Below are positions 8,823 to 17,995 of a stretch of DNA of 64,000 nucleotides, one piece after another. A program made the position numbers and the translations under genes. The first letter of the stretch is position 1; each line of letters begins with the position of its first letter. A model generated the notes under the pieces. That model was given only the letters and a program-made list of their open reading frames with translations, was not told the origin of the DNA and ran no database searches. This stretch comes from Candidatus Woesebacteria bacterium RIFCSPHIGHO2_01_FULL_39_32 (lineage in GTDB: Bacteria; Patescibacteriota; Microgenomatia; UBA8517). The DNA lies in the NCBI GenBank assembly GCA_001792345.1, contig MGGJ01000004.1, positions 9,697 through 73,696 of the forward strand, written 5' to 3'.

Positions 8823-9233
8823 TTACGCTTCCTTTTCAGTCTTTTGCTGGGTCAATTTTGATAATATCTCTTTCTTGAATGCTCCAACCGTTCTTCTTTT
8901 ACCTCTTTTGGTTCGGGCGTTGCTTCGTGTACGCTGCCCTCGGGTCGGGAGATTTCTCGCATGTCTTACGCCTCTATAGGCACCAATTGTTTTAAGTCTC
9001 TGAACGTTAGCCCTCACTTGACGAAGTAGGTCTCCTTCAATAGAGTATTTCTCTAATTTATTTGCAAGCTTTGCCAATTCTTCAGAAGAAAGATCAGACA
9101 CTCTCTTTGTTGTTGGAAAATCCAGCAACTTGAGAATTTTTTTTGACAATGCCCACCCCATACCCTTAATACGAGTGAGGGCATAATCAACTTTCCAACT
9201 ATCTTGTAGATCAACTCCAGCTAATCTAGTCAC
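8823..9233 (-). CDS. rpsM: 30S ribosomal protein S13.
   Basis: MTRLAGVDL...ALTRIKGMG...GAYRGVRHARNLPTRGQRTRSNARTKRG. Confidence 0.95.
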   Translation of the reverse strand: MTRLAGVDLQDSWKVDYALTRIKGMGWALSKKILKLLDFPTTKRVSDLSSEELAKLANKLEKYSIEGDLLRQVRANVQRLKTIGAYRGVRHARNLPTRGQRTRSNARTKRGKRRTVGAFKKEILSKLTQQKTEKEA

Positions 9234-9238
9234 TTTAG

Positions 9239-9352
9239 TTATCCCTGTCTTTGTTTGTGCCTTGGATTTTTACAAATCACATAGACAACTCCCTTACGCC
9301 TAACGATCTTACAATCCCTACATCTTTTTTTTACGGATGATTGAACTTTCAT
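9239..9352 (-). CDS. rpmJ: 50S ribosomal protein L36 (zinc-ribbon form). It is below the ORF-track size cutoff.
   Basis: Manual reverse-strand translation gives [37 protein letters not shown] with the C-x2-C...C-x4-H zinc-ribbon motif. It overlaps the infA stop by 4 nt. Confidence 0.85.
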   Translation of the reverse strand: MKVQSSVKKRCRDCKIVRRKGVVYVICKNPRHKQRQG

Positions 9353-9582
9353 TTTCTATATTTATTTACAATTCTTCCTCTCTCCTCGTCATACTTTGTC
9401 ATTTCTACACTTACTTTATCTCCAGGAAAAATTCGTACGTATCTCCTCCTTAACATTCCTTTTAGCGTTGCCAATATAAGTCTTCCATCTGATAACTCTA
9501 CCCGGAACATTGTATTAGGCAAGGCCTCGAGAACTTCCCCATCAATTTTTGTCGTATCTTCCTGTTTCATTTCTTTAAACAA
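9349..9582 (-). CDS. infA: Translation initiation factor IF-1.
   Basis: [58 protein letters not shown]. Confidence 0.95.
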   Translation of the reverse strand: MFKEMKQEDTTKIDGEVLEALPNTMFRVELSDGRLILATLKGMLRRRYVRIFPGDKVSVEMTKYDEERGRIVNKYRK

Positions 9583-9611
9583 AAAAACAAGCTAACTATT
9601 TCATTAGCTTT

Positions 9612-10385
9612 TCAACTAATCCCCGTTATAATTATGGATCCGTTTTTGGTAACTGCAACAGTTTCCTCGAAAAGTCCTGATATTGTACCATCTGAGGTTG
9701 AAATTGTCCACCCATCTCCATCAAGTTTTACATCCCCACTACCCATTGCATACATAACTTCAATAGCTAAAACCGCTCCTTCGGGTATTTCGGGACTCGA
9801 ACTTGCCTTACCACTTGTAAAACACGGAATTTGAGGTTCTTCATGTAAATCTTTTCCCACTCCATGCCCAACCAATGCCCTGATTGGGAAGTACCCAGCC
9901 TGTTTTAGAGTCGATTCAATCGCTTCAGATATATCAAAAATTTTCTTTCCCATTTTAGCCTCCTGAATTGCTTTTTTTAAGGCAATCTTCCCGGTATCCA
10001 GAAATTTATTTATTTCTTTACTTACCTCCAACCCCACAGTAAATGATGTGTCTGTATGAAACCCTTTGTAAAACATCCCTACATCTACGCTTACTACGTC
10101 ACCTTTTTTAAAAACAATCTCCTTTTTAGGAATCCCATGAACAACTCCATCATTTACGTTTACGCACGTTGCCCAGCGATATCTAGGTACCATTTTAAAA
10201 GACGCTTTTCCGCCTTCCTTTTTAATGAGCTTGTTAGCTAAATCGTCTATCTCTTTTGCACTTACACCCTCACGAACTTTATCAATCAGTGCTTTTTTAA
10301 CTCTTCCTAATTTTTTGCCACCTTCGGCTATAAATTCAATCTCTTTACCCGATTTAACCAATATTCCCTTACCCATTTTTAACAC
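9612..10385 (-). CDS. map: Methionine aminopeptidase, type I.
   Basis: KSGKEIEFIAEGGKKLG..., the metal-ligand context VHGIP...DVVSVDVG...HTDTSFT, and ...GHGVGKDLHEEP. Confidence 0.9.
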   Translation of the reverse strand: MLKMGKGILVKSGKEIEFIAEGGKKLGRVKKALIDKVREGVSAKEIDDLANKLIKKEGGKASFKMVPRYRWATCVNVNDGVVHGIPKKEIVFKKGDVVSVDVGMFYKGFHTDTSFTVGLEVSKEINKFLDTGKIALKKAIQEAKMGKKIFDISEAIESTLKQAGYFPIRALVGHGVGKDLHEEPQIPCFTSGKASSSPEIPEGAVLAIEVMYAMGSGDVKLDGDGWTISTSDGTISGLFEETVAVTKNGSIIITGIS

Positions 10386-11043
10386 CCAATTTCTCCAATA
10401 TCTCTAAATAAATAACATTTATTGGTCTTACCGCATCAACTCTAATTAATTTTTCTTTATTGTCTAAATAGTCTATTAACTTTTTAGTATTGTTTCTGTA
10501 ATATCTAAACCTAACCTTAATAGCTTCCGGTCTATCGTCATCTCTCTGGATTAATTTACCTTTGCATTTATCACACTTGCCAGATTCTTTAGGCGGATTA
10601 GTAATAACGTTGTAAACCTCACCGCACTTCTCACAGATCCTTCTGCCTGAAAGTCTTTTTACAGCTTCTTTCTCACTTATGTCCAAAGATACAACCGCGT
10701 CAATTTTTTGCCTTTTTGAGGCAAGCCACTTTTCATATTCTTCATACTGAGAAATAAATCTGGGAAATCCCTCGAAAAGAATATTCGTTCCCTTAGGAAC
10801 CCTTTTCTCTAAATATTTCATAACGTAGTTTGTCATTTCCTTTTCGGGAATTAGCTTACCACCATTGATAATATTTCTAATTCTCTTATCAGTTTTTGCC
10901 CATTCTCTTGATAACTCTCCAGTCTGCAGGTAAAAAAGATTTAGTTTTTGGCTCAGCTTTTCTGCTTGAGTTCCTTTTCCTGATCCTGGTGCACCGAGAA
11001 GAACTAAATTCATAATAAATAAGTACCAATAATTCAATTTCAA
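10369..11043 (-). CDS. adk: Adenylate kinase (canonical, in the spc-operon position, with a Zn LID).
   Basis: P-loop LLGAPGSGKGTQ, FEGFPRFISQ, and the LID RRICEKCGEVYNVITNPPKESGKCDKCKGKLIQRDDD. Confidence 0.95.
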   Translation of the reverse strand: MKLNYWYLFIMNLVLLGAPGSGKGTQAEKLSQKLNLFYLQTGELSREWAKTDKRIRNIINGGKLIPEKEMTNYVMKYLEKRVPKGTNILFEGFPRFISQYEEYEKWLASKRQKIDAVVSLDISEKEAVKRLSGRRICEKCGEVYNVITNPPKESGKCDKCKGKLIQRDDDRPEAIKVRFRYYRNNTKKLIDYLDNKEKLIRVDAVRPINVIYLEILEKLGVKNG

Positions 11044-11111
11044 ATAAATACCAATTCATTAATCGTTCATTGAATTATTGGGTTATTGGTACTTATTGGT
11101 TTATTTTCCTG

Positions 11112-12392
11112 CTAACGCAGGAATGTTTCATAACGCTTCATAACAAGTTGTGCTTCAATATCGCGAGTTGTCTCGAGAATTACCGATACTACGATCAGAA
11201 TTCCTGTTCCTCCAATTGCTAGATTCGCAACTCCTATAACATTCTGGAATAAGGAGGGTAATATAGCGATTAAACCCAAAAAAACCGCTCCAACGAGAGT
11301 AATTCTATTTAGGACTTGGGATAAATATTTGGTAGTTTGAGAACCAGGTCTCATACCTGGAATGAACCCGCCCGATTTTTGTAAATTTTCCGAAATCCTC
11401 TCTGGATTAAAGACAACCGAAGTGTAAAAATAGGTGAAGCCGACGACTAAAAGAAAGTAAATTACGTTATATATAAGCGATGCCGGATTAAAAACTTCGG
11501 CAAGATGTGAGCCCACTTGTGCAATTTTAGGGTTCCCAACTCCTGATAAGAATTGACTCGCAAGCGATGGAAGGAGAACCAAGGAAACTGCAAAAATAAT
11601 TGGTATTACCCCTGCCTGATTAAGTCGAAGTGGAATATAAGAAGAAGACAAACCCATTCTTCCCACACGTCGTGCATAAGTAACGGGAATCTGACGAGTT
11701 GCCTCGTTCATAAAAACAATAAGACCAACAATCGCTACCGAAAGTAATAAAAATATTCCAACTTTAAAAATGTCTGCAGCTGTTATCACTGCAACCGATT
11801 GACCTAATGTTACCGGCAGTCGAGCAACGATACCTGCGAAAATAAGAAATGATATTCCATTTCCGACTCCGTACTCTGTAATTAGTTCTCCCAACCAAAC
11901 TGACAACATACTTCCTGCCGTCATGGTAAGAACAAGTGCGGCCAAAGAAAGGGGGTTTAGTTGCGGAATTATTGCTTGACTACGAAGAAGTGTGTACATT
12001 CCAAAACCTTGAAGAGCAGCCAAAGGAACTGTAAGAAATCTTGTATATTGGTTAATCCGTTCCTGACCATATTCTCCCTCCTTTGACAACTCCTCAAGAC
12101 GAGGCACCACGTAGGTAAGAAGCTGCATTATAATTGACGCGTTAATATAAGGAGTCAACCCCAAGGCCATAATCGAAAAGTTAGCCAAAGTTCCTCCAGA
12201 AAATACATCCAGTAAAGATAGAAGTGGACTTCCCAAAAAAAGTGCTTGAAGAGAAGTTCTATCTATTCCAGCTGCAGGAATATGAGCGGTCAAACGGAAA
12301 ATAGCTAATACGATTCCCGTAATAAAAATCTTTTTCCGAATATCAGGAGATTTAACTGCTTTTGAAAAAAATTGAATAATTGTGGAAAACAT
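11112..12392 (-). CDS. secY: Preprotein translocase subunit SecY.
   Basis: A 426-aa polytopic membrane protein with [13 protein letters not shown]...[29 protein letters not shown], in its conserved position between rplO and adk. Confidence 0.95.
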   Translation of the reverse strand: MFSTIIQFFSKAVKSPDIRKKIFITGIVLAIFRLTAHIPAAGIDRTSLQALFLGSPLLSLLDVFSGGTLANFSIMALGLTPYINASIIMQLLTYVVPRLEELSKEGEYGQERINQYTRFLTVPLAALQGFGMYTLLRSQAIIPQLNPLSLAALVLTMTAGSMLSVWLGELITEYGVGNGISFLIFAGIVARLPVTLGQSVAVITAADIFKVGIFLLLSVAIVGLIVFMNEATRQIPVTYARRVGRMGLSSSYIPLRLNQAGVIPIIFAVSLVLLPSLASQFLSGVGNPKIAQVGSHLAEVFNPASLIYNVIYFLLVVGFTYFYTSVVFNPERISENLQKSGGFIPGMRPGSQTTKYLSQVLNRITLVGAVFLGLIAILPSLFQNVIGVANLAIGGTGILIVVSVILETTRDIEAQLVMKRYETFLR

Positions 12393-12829
12393 TATTTAAC
12401 AATCTTTCCACCGGCCTTCTCGACGAGTTTGGCAGCGGACTTGGAAATTGGAATAGTAATATTAAATTTTTTCTTAATTTCACCGTCACCTAAGATTTTT
12501 ACTCCAACTTTGCCTGCTTGCTTCTCAACAATGCCATTTTTTATAAGTGACTCGAGGTTGACTGTAGTACCAGAAGGTAGAATATCAAGATAACGCGTTT
12601 TTACGATAATTGGCTTATCTTTACCTTTAAACTTTCCTTTTCCACGACGAAGGGGGAGTCTTTTAATAAAGCTTTTCTTCATTTTAGTTCCCTCGAAAAG
12701 AACTCCAATGTTCCTTCTTGATTTTTGACCCTTTTGTCCACGCCCTACTGTGTGGCCACCTTTTCCTCCACCATAACCACGCCCGAGTCTTTTTTTTCTT
12801 TTCGTAACAACTTTCGGTAATTGTGTCAT
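12392..12829 (-). CDS. rplO: 50S ribosomal protein L15.
   Basis: [28 protein letters not shown]... Its position follows rpsE directly, so no L30 gene lies between them. Confidence 0.9.
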   Translation of the reverse strand: MTQLPKVVTKRKKRLGRGYGGGKGGHTVGRGQKGQKSRRNIGVLFEGTKMKKSFIKRLPLRRGKGKFKGKDKPIIVKTRYLDILPSGTTVNLESLIKNGIVEKQAGKVGVKILGDGEIKKKFNITIPISKSAAKLVEKAGGKIVK

Positions 12830-12845
12830 TCTTTACTCCTCCTAT

Positions 12846-13337
12846 TTATATATCTTTTTTTGAAATTGATTCTTTTCTATTTCTAATCTTAGCAATTGTC
12901 TTTAATCCTTCCAACGTCGCATACACATTTGAAGTTTTATTTTTAGTTCCTAAAATTTTTCCAACAGCATCCCGTACTCCCGCTGCCTCGAGAACTACTC
13001 GAATTGGCCCCCCTGCTATAATTCCGCTTCCGGGGGGCGCGGGTTTAAGTAAGACCTTAGCAGCGGAAAACTTTTCGGAAACAGAATAAGGAATTGTTGT
13101 ACCCCTGAGGGGAATAGTAAACATTTTTCGTTTTGCCGAGGCTAATGATTTTCTAATTGCCCCTGAAACATCGGGTGCTTTGGCAAGACCTACCCCAACT
13201 TTGCCTTTTCTATCACCAACAACTACTAAGGCCGAAAAGCGTATTGTATTTCCACCCTTAGTTTTTTTCGAAATTCTTCGGATCTTAACAACGGTTTCAT
13301 CGAACTCTTTAAGTACTTGGTTGTAGTAAGCAGTCAT
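12846..13337 (-). CDS. rpsE: 30S ribosomal protein S5.
   Basis: KIRRISKKTKGGNTIRFSALVVVGDRKGKVGVGLAKA...IPYSVSEKFSAAKVLLKPAPPGSGIIAGGPIR. Confidence 0.95.
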   Translation of the reverse strand: MTAYYNQVLKEFDETVVKIRRISKKTKGGNTIRFSALVVVGDRKGKVGVGLAKAPDVSGAIRKSLASAKRKMFTIPLRGTTIPYSVSEKFSAAKVLLKPAPPGSGIIAGGPIRVVLEAAGVRDAVGKILGTKNKTSNVYATLEGLKTIAKIRNRKESISKKDI

Positions 13338-13723
13338 TAAACTTCTAGTCCCCCTTTCCGGACACCTTCAGCAAGCGCCTTGACTCGTCCATGATACCTA
13401 TATCCTCCACGATCAAAAATAACTTTTTTAATCTTTTTCTTTCCCGCCTTCTTTGCAAGCAAATCTCCTAACAGAAATGCAATATTCTTCTTTGTTTGCG
13501 ACGCGACCTCTTTTTTAGTGCTATCTGTTTTTTTCTTCGGTTTAGCCAACTCTAAGTCACTCGCAGAAACCAGGGTAGAACTTTTACTGTCATCGATAAT
13601 CTGGGCGTAAATATGCTTATTTGATCTGAATACAGAAAGCCTTGGGCGTTTTACACTCCCTTGAATCTTTGCTCTAACTCTTTTTTTTCGTCTTGCCTCC
13701 CTAATAATTTTTTCTGTGCTCAT
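13337..13723 (-). CDS. rplR: 50S ribosomal protein L18.
   Basis: RPRLSVFRSNKHIYAQIIDD...FDRGGYRYHGRVKALAEGVRKGGL. Confidence 0.9.
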   Translation of the reverse strand: MSTEKIIREARRKKRVRAKIQGSVKRPRLSVFRSNKHIYAQIIDDSKSSTLVSASDLELAKPKKKTDSTKKEVASQTKKNIAFLLGDLLAKKAGKKKIKKVIFDRGGYRYHGRVKALAEGVRKGGLEV

Positions 13724-13739
13724 AGTCTCATGCTAGGAA

Positions 13740-14291
13740 TTACGCTGCCGCCCCAACGGTTTTAGCTGCTTTTCCTGCCTTTCTACGAATCACTTCGTCT
13801 TTATATTTGATTCCTTTCCCTTTATATGGTTCTGGTTTCCGTATCGCACGAAGGCTAGCAGCAACCTGCCCCACAACTTCTTTGTCAGGCCCCTCCACGC
13901 TAACATCTGTTTTTTCTACCTTAAAAGAGATTCCAGGAGGAGCTTTTACCTTAATCGGATGAGAAAACCCAACCGTTAGAGTAAGTACATCCCCAGATAC
14001 ATCTGCCCTGTAGCCAGTTCCGACCAATTCAAGCGTTTTCAACCAACCCGTTGTTACACCGATTATCATATTCGCTAAAATTGCTCGTGTTGTTCCATAA
14101 AGAGCACTACTACGACTTGTCTTTCTTTTCTCTAATAGCTTAATTTCGTTTTCGCTTTTTTCAATAGTAATATCTTTGGAAAACTTCCTTACAAGCGCTC
14201 CTTTTGGACCAATAACTTTTATTGTATTCCCATCTAAACTTACCGTAACTCCTTCGGGAATTTGAATTGATAATTTACCTATCCTACTCAT
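13740..14291 (-). CDS. rplF: 50S ribosomal protein L6.
   Basis: [31 protein letters not shown]...GWLKTLELVGTGYRA. Confidence 0.95.
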   Translation of the reverse strand: MSRIGKLSIQIPEGVTVSLDGNTIKVIGPKGALVRKFSKDITIEKSENEIKLLEKRKTSRSSALYGTTRAILANMIIGVTTGWLKTLELVGTGYRADVSGDVLTLTVGFSHPIKVKAPPGISFKVEKTDVSVEGPDKEVVGQVAASLRAIRKPEPYKGKGIKYKDEVIRRKAGKAAKTVGAAA

Positions 14292-14779
14292 AGAACCTCC
14301 GCTATAACCTCGCCGCCGAGGCGCTTCTTCAATGCATCTTTCGACGACATAACTCCACTTGGCGTTGAAATCAATAAGATCGAGGGGTCTTTCCTTTTTT
14401 CTAATTCGCTTGCCTTAATGTAGACTCTTAACCCCGGTTTAGAGACTAGTTTAATCTCCGTCAATATTGGTTCTTTTCTCCTATATGTAAGGGTAACGGA
14501 AACTTTCCCCCTTTTTTCAGAAATATCCGCAAGATATCCTTCTGCTACTAATGTTTTCGCCACAGCTTTTATAAGCTTAGTATGAGGCATCTCAACAGTC
14601 TTCATCCTCGCCAAACCGGCGTTTTTTAGTCTGACTAGAAAATCCCCAACAGGGTAATTTCCCGCCGCAACTCTTACCGTCTCTGTTTTCGATTGTTTTT
14701 TAGTATTTTTTGTTTTTCTTGGCATTTTTTTCTTTGTCTGACTTTCTTTTTCTAAAAGAAAGTCAGAAATGTTTACCAA
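14288..14779 (-). CDS. rpsH: 30S ribosomal protein S8, with a 20-40 aa K/T-rich N-terminal extension. The true start may be the internal Met at ~14725.
   Basis: [12 protein letters not shown] (like PIADMLTRIRNG) ... [14 protein letters not shown]...[12 protein letters not shown]...[10 protein letters not shown]. Confidence 0.9.
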   Translation of the reverse strand: MVNISDFLLEKESQTKKKMPRKTKNTKKQSKTETVRVAAGNYPVGDFLVRLKNAGLARMKTVEMPHTKLIKAVAKTLVAEGYLADISEKRGKVSVTLTYRRKEPILTEIKLVSKPGLRVYIKASELEKRKDPSILLISTPSGVMSSKDALKKRLGGEVIAEVL

Positions 14780-14958
14780 CTCGCTTTTCTCACTCCAGGA
14801 ATCTCACCCCTATGAGCAAACTCCCTGAAACAAAGCCTACAAAGTCCAAATTTTCTCATATAGCCTCGACTTCGTCCACAAAGGCGACACCTATTTCTGT
14901 ATCTCACCTTATATTTCAATTTTTTTGTTTCTCTTACAACTTTTGATGTTTTTGCCAT
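14773..14958 (-). CDS. rpsN: 30S ribosomal protein S14, type Z (zinc-binding, 61 aa).
   Basis: [61 protein letters not shown]. The upstream in-frame extension in the ORF track was judged spurious. Confidence 0.9.
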   Translation of the reverse strand: MAKTSKVVRETKKLKYKVRYRNRCRLCGRSRGYMRKFGLCRLCFREFAHRGEIPGVRKASW

Positions 14959-14977
14959 ATGACTCGCTTTGCTCGTA

Positions 14978-15523
14978 CTATTTTTCCTTCTTTTCAAACG
15001 GCATTCCCAGTAATTCAAGTAGTCGTTTTGACATATCAACATTATTGGTATTTGTCACAATGGTAATTTCAAGTCCTCTTGGTTGAACCTTGGCAAGATC
15101 GATCTCCGGAAAAACACTGTGTTCTATCAATCCCAAAGTATAATTTCCGTATTTGTCAAAACTCTTAACGGAAAGTCCTCGAAAATCTCTTAAACGAGGC
15201 AAGTTTATTGAAAAAAGTTTATCTAAAAATGAATACATACGTTCTCCCCGTAATGTCACCTTTAATCCAACTGGCATACCGCGTCTTATACCAAAACTTG
15301 CCACAGATACCTTAGCGTTTCGGACAGATGCCATCTGACCTGTGATTGCCGCTAAATCTTTCTTCGTACTTTCCAAAACTTCTTTATTTTTAGACGCCTC
15401 GCCAACCCCCATATTTACGACGACCTTTGTTATTTTAGGAATCGCTAAGGAATTATCAATTCTAAATTCAGCTGCAAGGCTTTTTCTAATTTCTTTTTCG
15501 TATTTTTGTTTTAATCTTCCCAT
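14978..15523 (-). CDS. rplE: 50S ribosomal protein L5.
   Basis: [18 protein letters not shown]...[16 protein letters not shown]...[23 protein letters not shown]. Confidence 0.95.
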   Translation of the reverse strand: MGRLKQKYEKEIRKSLAAEFRIDNSLAIPKITKVVVNMGVGEASKNKEVLESTKKDLAAITGQMASVRNAKVSVASFGIRRGMPVGLKVTLRGERMYSFLDKLFSINLPRLRDFRGLSVKSFDKYGNYTLGLIEHSVFPEIDLAKVQPRGLEITIVTNTNNVDMSKRLLELLGMPFEKKEK

Positions 15524-15527
15524 TCAA

Positions 15528-15854
15528 TTATTTCTTTTTAATTTTAGTATCTATCTCTCTTCCGCACTTCCTACAGATTCTTACCTTTTCATCACCGGAC
15601 AATTTAAAACCGACTCGAGTCACCTTACTACATTTGGGACATACTATTGCTAATTTAGAATAGGAAAGAGGCCTTGGAATGTCATATATTCCACCCTTTT
15701 GTCCAGGACGACCTTTAACATGTTTCTTATAAAGATTAATTCCAGGAACCACAACTTTTCCTTCTTTTATTAGGATTGCCTCTATACTACCTTCTCTCCC
15801 TTTATCTTTTCCAGTAGTTATTTTAACTTTGTCTCCAACTTTGAATTTAAGCAT
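15528..15854 (-). CDS. rplX: 50S ribosomal protein L24 (variant retaining a Cys4 zinc ribbon).
   Basis: KFKVGDKVKITTGKDKGREGSI (KOW motif) ... CPKCSKVTRVGFKLSGDEKVRICRKCG. Confidence 0.9.
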   Translation of the reverse strand: MLKFKVGDKVKITTGKDKGREGSIEAILIKEGKVVVPGINLYKKHVKGRPGQKGGIYDIPRPLSYSKLAIVCPKCSKVTRVGFKLSGDEKVRICRKCGREIDTKIKKK

Positions 15855-15855
15855 T

Positions 15856-16221
15856 TTATACTACCTCCCTCGACAATGATGCTATTTTTGTATAGCCTCT
15901 TTCCTTCACTTCACGGGCGATTGGTCCTAGGATTCTAGTACCTCGTGGTAATCCCAGTTTGTCAATAACTACTCCCGCATTATCATCAAAACGCACATAG
16001 CTTCCGTCCGTCCTTCTTACCTCCTTTTTGGTTCGTACTATAAGAACTCTTACTTTCTCGCTATCAGTGACGATTCCATTTGGATCAGCCCCATTTACAA
16101 TACCGCGTATTACATGAGCAAGAGAGGCAATCTTTCCTACTCTAGGGGAAATACCAATTACCTTAATCTTTTTTGCACCCGCGTTATCGGCGGGATTTAA
16201 AACAGTACCAAGTTGTATCAT
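15856..16221 (-). CDS. rplN: 50S ribosomal protein L14.
   Basis: MIQLGTVLNPADNAGAKKIKVIGI...DGSYVRFDDNAGVVI. Confidence 0.95.
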   Translation of the reverse strand: MIQLGTVLNPADNAGAKKIKVIGISPRVGKIASLAHVIRGIVNGADPNGIVTDSEKVRVLIVRTKKEVRRTDGSYVRFDDNAGVVIDKLGLPRGTRILGPIAREVKERGYTKIASLSREVV

Positions 16222-16454
16222 TTTTTACCCCCCACAATCTCAATAATCTTCCACTTTTTGGTTTTGCTGTAAGGCTTACTTGCAACAAAACGAACCTTTT
16301 CTCCAACCTCAGTACCCATTTCATCATGTACGTGATATTTTTGGGTCCTTTTTATTCTTTTTTTGTAAACTGGATGAATCACAACTCGTTCAACATTAAC
16401 TATTGCGGTCTTTTCCATTTTTTTAGATACCACTACTCCTGAAAAGATCTTCAT
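16218..16454 (-). CDS. rpsQ: 30S ribosomal protein S17.
   Basis: GVVVSKKMEKTAIVNVERVVIHPVYKKRIKRTQKYHVHDE. Confidence 0.9.
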   Translation of the reverse strand: MKIFSGVVVSKKMEKTAIVNVERVVIHPVYKKRIKRTQKYHVHDEMGTEVGEKVRFVASKPYSKTKKWKIIEIVGGKK

Positions 16455-16687
16455 TTAATTTCCTCCTTTATTTCCCCTTTGGCTTTCTCCATAATCTGTT
16501 TCTCTCTCATTAAAGTTACAACTTGAGCCAAGTCATGACGAAGATTTTTGACTTTCTTCAAGTTTTTCTCTTTTGATGCCGATATATTCGCCTTAGTCTT
16601 TACTATTTCAAGACGCATCTGCCCAACCAACTTCGCCAATTCTATAGCTTCCTTAGATCTCAAACTTATTATGTCTTTCTTTTTCAT
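16451..16687 (-). CDS. rpmC: 50S ribosomal protein L29. Start placed at the internal MKKKD.
   Basis: KKKDIISLRSKEAIELAKLVGQMRLEIVKTKANIS...KVKNLRHDLAQVVT. Confidence 0.85.
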   Translation of the reverse strand: MKKKDIISLRSKEAIELAKLVGQMRLEIVKTKANISASKEKNLKKVKNLRHDLAQVVTLMREKQIMEKAKGEIKEEIK

Positions 16688-16688
16688 A

Positions 16689-17105
16689 TTAACCTTCTTC
16701 CTCACGACTTACTATTTTCGATTTAAACGGTAGTTTTGCCGCAGCTTTCGCGAATACTAATCTAACCAAATCTTGCGAGATTCCCGCAACCTCAAAAATA
16801 ATTTTTCCAGGCGTAATAACTACGACATACCTATCAAATTCACCCTTCCCTCCACCCATACGTTGTCCCGCAGGACGAGAGGTTACTGGTTTATCAGGAA
16901 AAACCCTTATCCAAAGGCGTCCACCCTTTTTAAGGCTATGGGTAATTGCACGTCTTCCTGCTTCGATTTGTCTTGAGGACAACCAACCAGCTCCAAGAGC
17001 TTTCAAACCATACTCCCCAAAAGCTAAACTTGATCCGCGAATGGACTTACCCCTCATTCGTCCTCTAAAATCATTTCTAAATTTTCTTCGTTTTGGTTCT
17101 AACAT
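16689..17105 (-). CDS. rplP: 50S ribosomal protein L16.
   Basis: MLEPKRRKFRNDFRGRMRG...FGEYGLKALGAGWLSSRQIEAGRRAITH...RVFPDKPVTSRPAGQRMGGGKG. Confidence 0.95.
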   Translation of the reverse strand: MLEPKRRKFRNDFRGRMRGKSIRGSSLAFGEYGLKALGAGWLSSRQIEAGRRAITHSLKKGGRLWIRVFPDKPVTSRPAGQRMGGGKGEFDRYVVVITPGKIIFEVAGISQDLVRLVFAKAAAKLPFKSKIVSREEEG

Positions 17106-17177
17106 TCGTCTTTGCTCGGCTATCGCTTTCGTTCCTCGTAAACTCGGAACTTACAGCTATTAGTCGGCAACTCCTCT

Positions 17178-17250
17178 CAAATTTGCTTCGCAAATTTGTA
17201 ATTCGATTTTGTTATTAATCACTTGTTTACTGCAAAGCAGCAAGCTTTGC
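17178..17250 (-). promoter_or_regulatory. Two stem-loops in an unusual 153-nt rpsC-rplP spacer.
   Basis: caaatttgc-ttc-gcaaatttg at 17178-17198 is a 9-bp perfect stem. gcaaagc-agcaa-gctttgc at 17232-17250 is a 7-bp stem. rpsC and rplP are normally adjacent or overlapping. Confidence 0.35.
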
Positions 17251-17258
17251 TTATTATT

Positions 17259-17915
17259 TTATTCCTCTTCTTGTTTTTTATGTATAAATACCTTCACTCC
17301 TACGTAACCTCTTTTCAAAAGGGCTGGAATTTGAGCATAATCAATATTTTCTCGCATGGTTTGTGACGGAACCGATCCCTGGTGATATTTTTCAGTTCTT
17401 CCTATTTCTGCTCCACCAATTCTTCCCGACAAAATTATTTTGACCCCGAGGGCGCCTGACTGCATTACTCTTTCAATTGTCTTCGCCACTACTCTTCTAT
17501 GGGGAATTCTGCGTTCCAGCTCTGAGACTATTCGGCTTGCAACTAGATAAGCAGAAAGTTCTGGGTTTTTTACTTCATTTACCTGTAAATCAATTTTTAT
17601 GTCGGTAATTTTCTTTCCACGCACCGCCTGAAGTGTATTAAGAATAAACTTCTTTACATCTTCGAGTCCAGAACCACCTCTACCGATCACAACCCCAGGA
17701 CGGGATACAATCAAAACGATTACCATACTTTTGGGTAACCTCTCAATTTCAACTCTCGTTATACCTGCAAGTTTCAACTTTCCCATTAGGGCTTTACGAA
17801 TAGTTATGTCCTCCAAAAGGTAATCTTTATATCGAGTATCGTCCACAAACCAACGTGACTTCCAAGGCATAAAAGTGCCAATTCTAAATCCGGTTGGGTT
17901 AATTTTCTGTCCCAC
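17259..17915 (-). CDS. rpsC: 30S ribosomal protein S3. Start is GTG, preceded by GAAAGGAGGG.
   Basis: (V)GQKINPTGFRIG...KH domain...RVEIERLPKSMVIVLIVSRPGVVIGRGG. The longer ORF in the track runs upstream through a heptamer repeat and was rejected. Confidence 0.9.
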   Translation of the reverse strand: MGQKINPTGFRIGTFMPWKSRWFVDDTRYKDYLLEDITIRKALMGKLKLAGITRVEIERLPKSMVIVLIVSRPGVVIGRGGSGLEDVKKFILNTLQAVRGKKITDIKIDLQVNEVKNPELSAYLVASRIVSELERRIPHRRVVAKTIERVMQSGALGVKIILSGRIGGAEIGRTEKYHQGSVPSQTMRENIDYAQIPALLKRGYVGVKVFIHKKQEEE

Positions 17916-17935
17916 ACGCCCTCCTTTCAGTCGGG

Positions 17936-17970
17936 AATTTCCAATTTCCAATTTCCAATTTCCAATTAAT
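17936..17970. repeat. Tandem heptanucleotide repeat (AATTTCC)x4 plus degenerate copies. On the coding strand it reads (GGAAATT)n and sits directly upstream of the rpsC SD.
   Basis: Read directly: aatttccaatttccaatttccaatttccaattaat. Confidence 0.8.
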
Positions 17971-17995
17971 TTCAATGTACAAATTTTCTAATTTT

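Noticed and set aside
9341-9595. 84-aa plus-strand ORF overlapping infA and rpmJ
   Set aside because: It is antisense to two conserved genes and has no homology.
14959-15042. N-terminal extension of the rpsN ORF ([28 protein letters not shown])
   Set aside because: It overlaps the 3' end of rplE and is not part of the conserved 61-aa Z-type S14, which starts at MAKTSKV.
17916-17975. Upstream in-frame extension of the rpsC ORF (MKLIGNWKLEIGNSRLKGGR)
   Set aside because: The extension is encoded by the (GGAAATT)n repeat, and the conserved S3 N-terminus (VGQKINPTGF) starts at a GTG preceded by GGAGG. The GTG start at 17915 is preferred.
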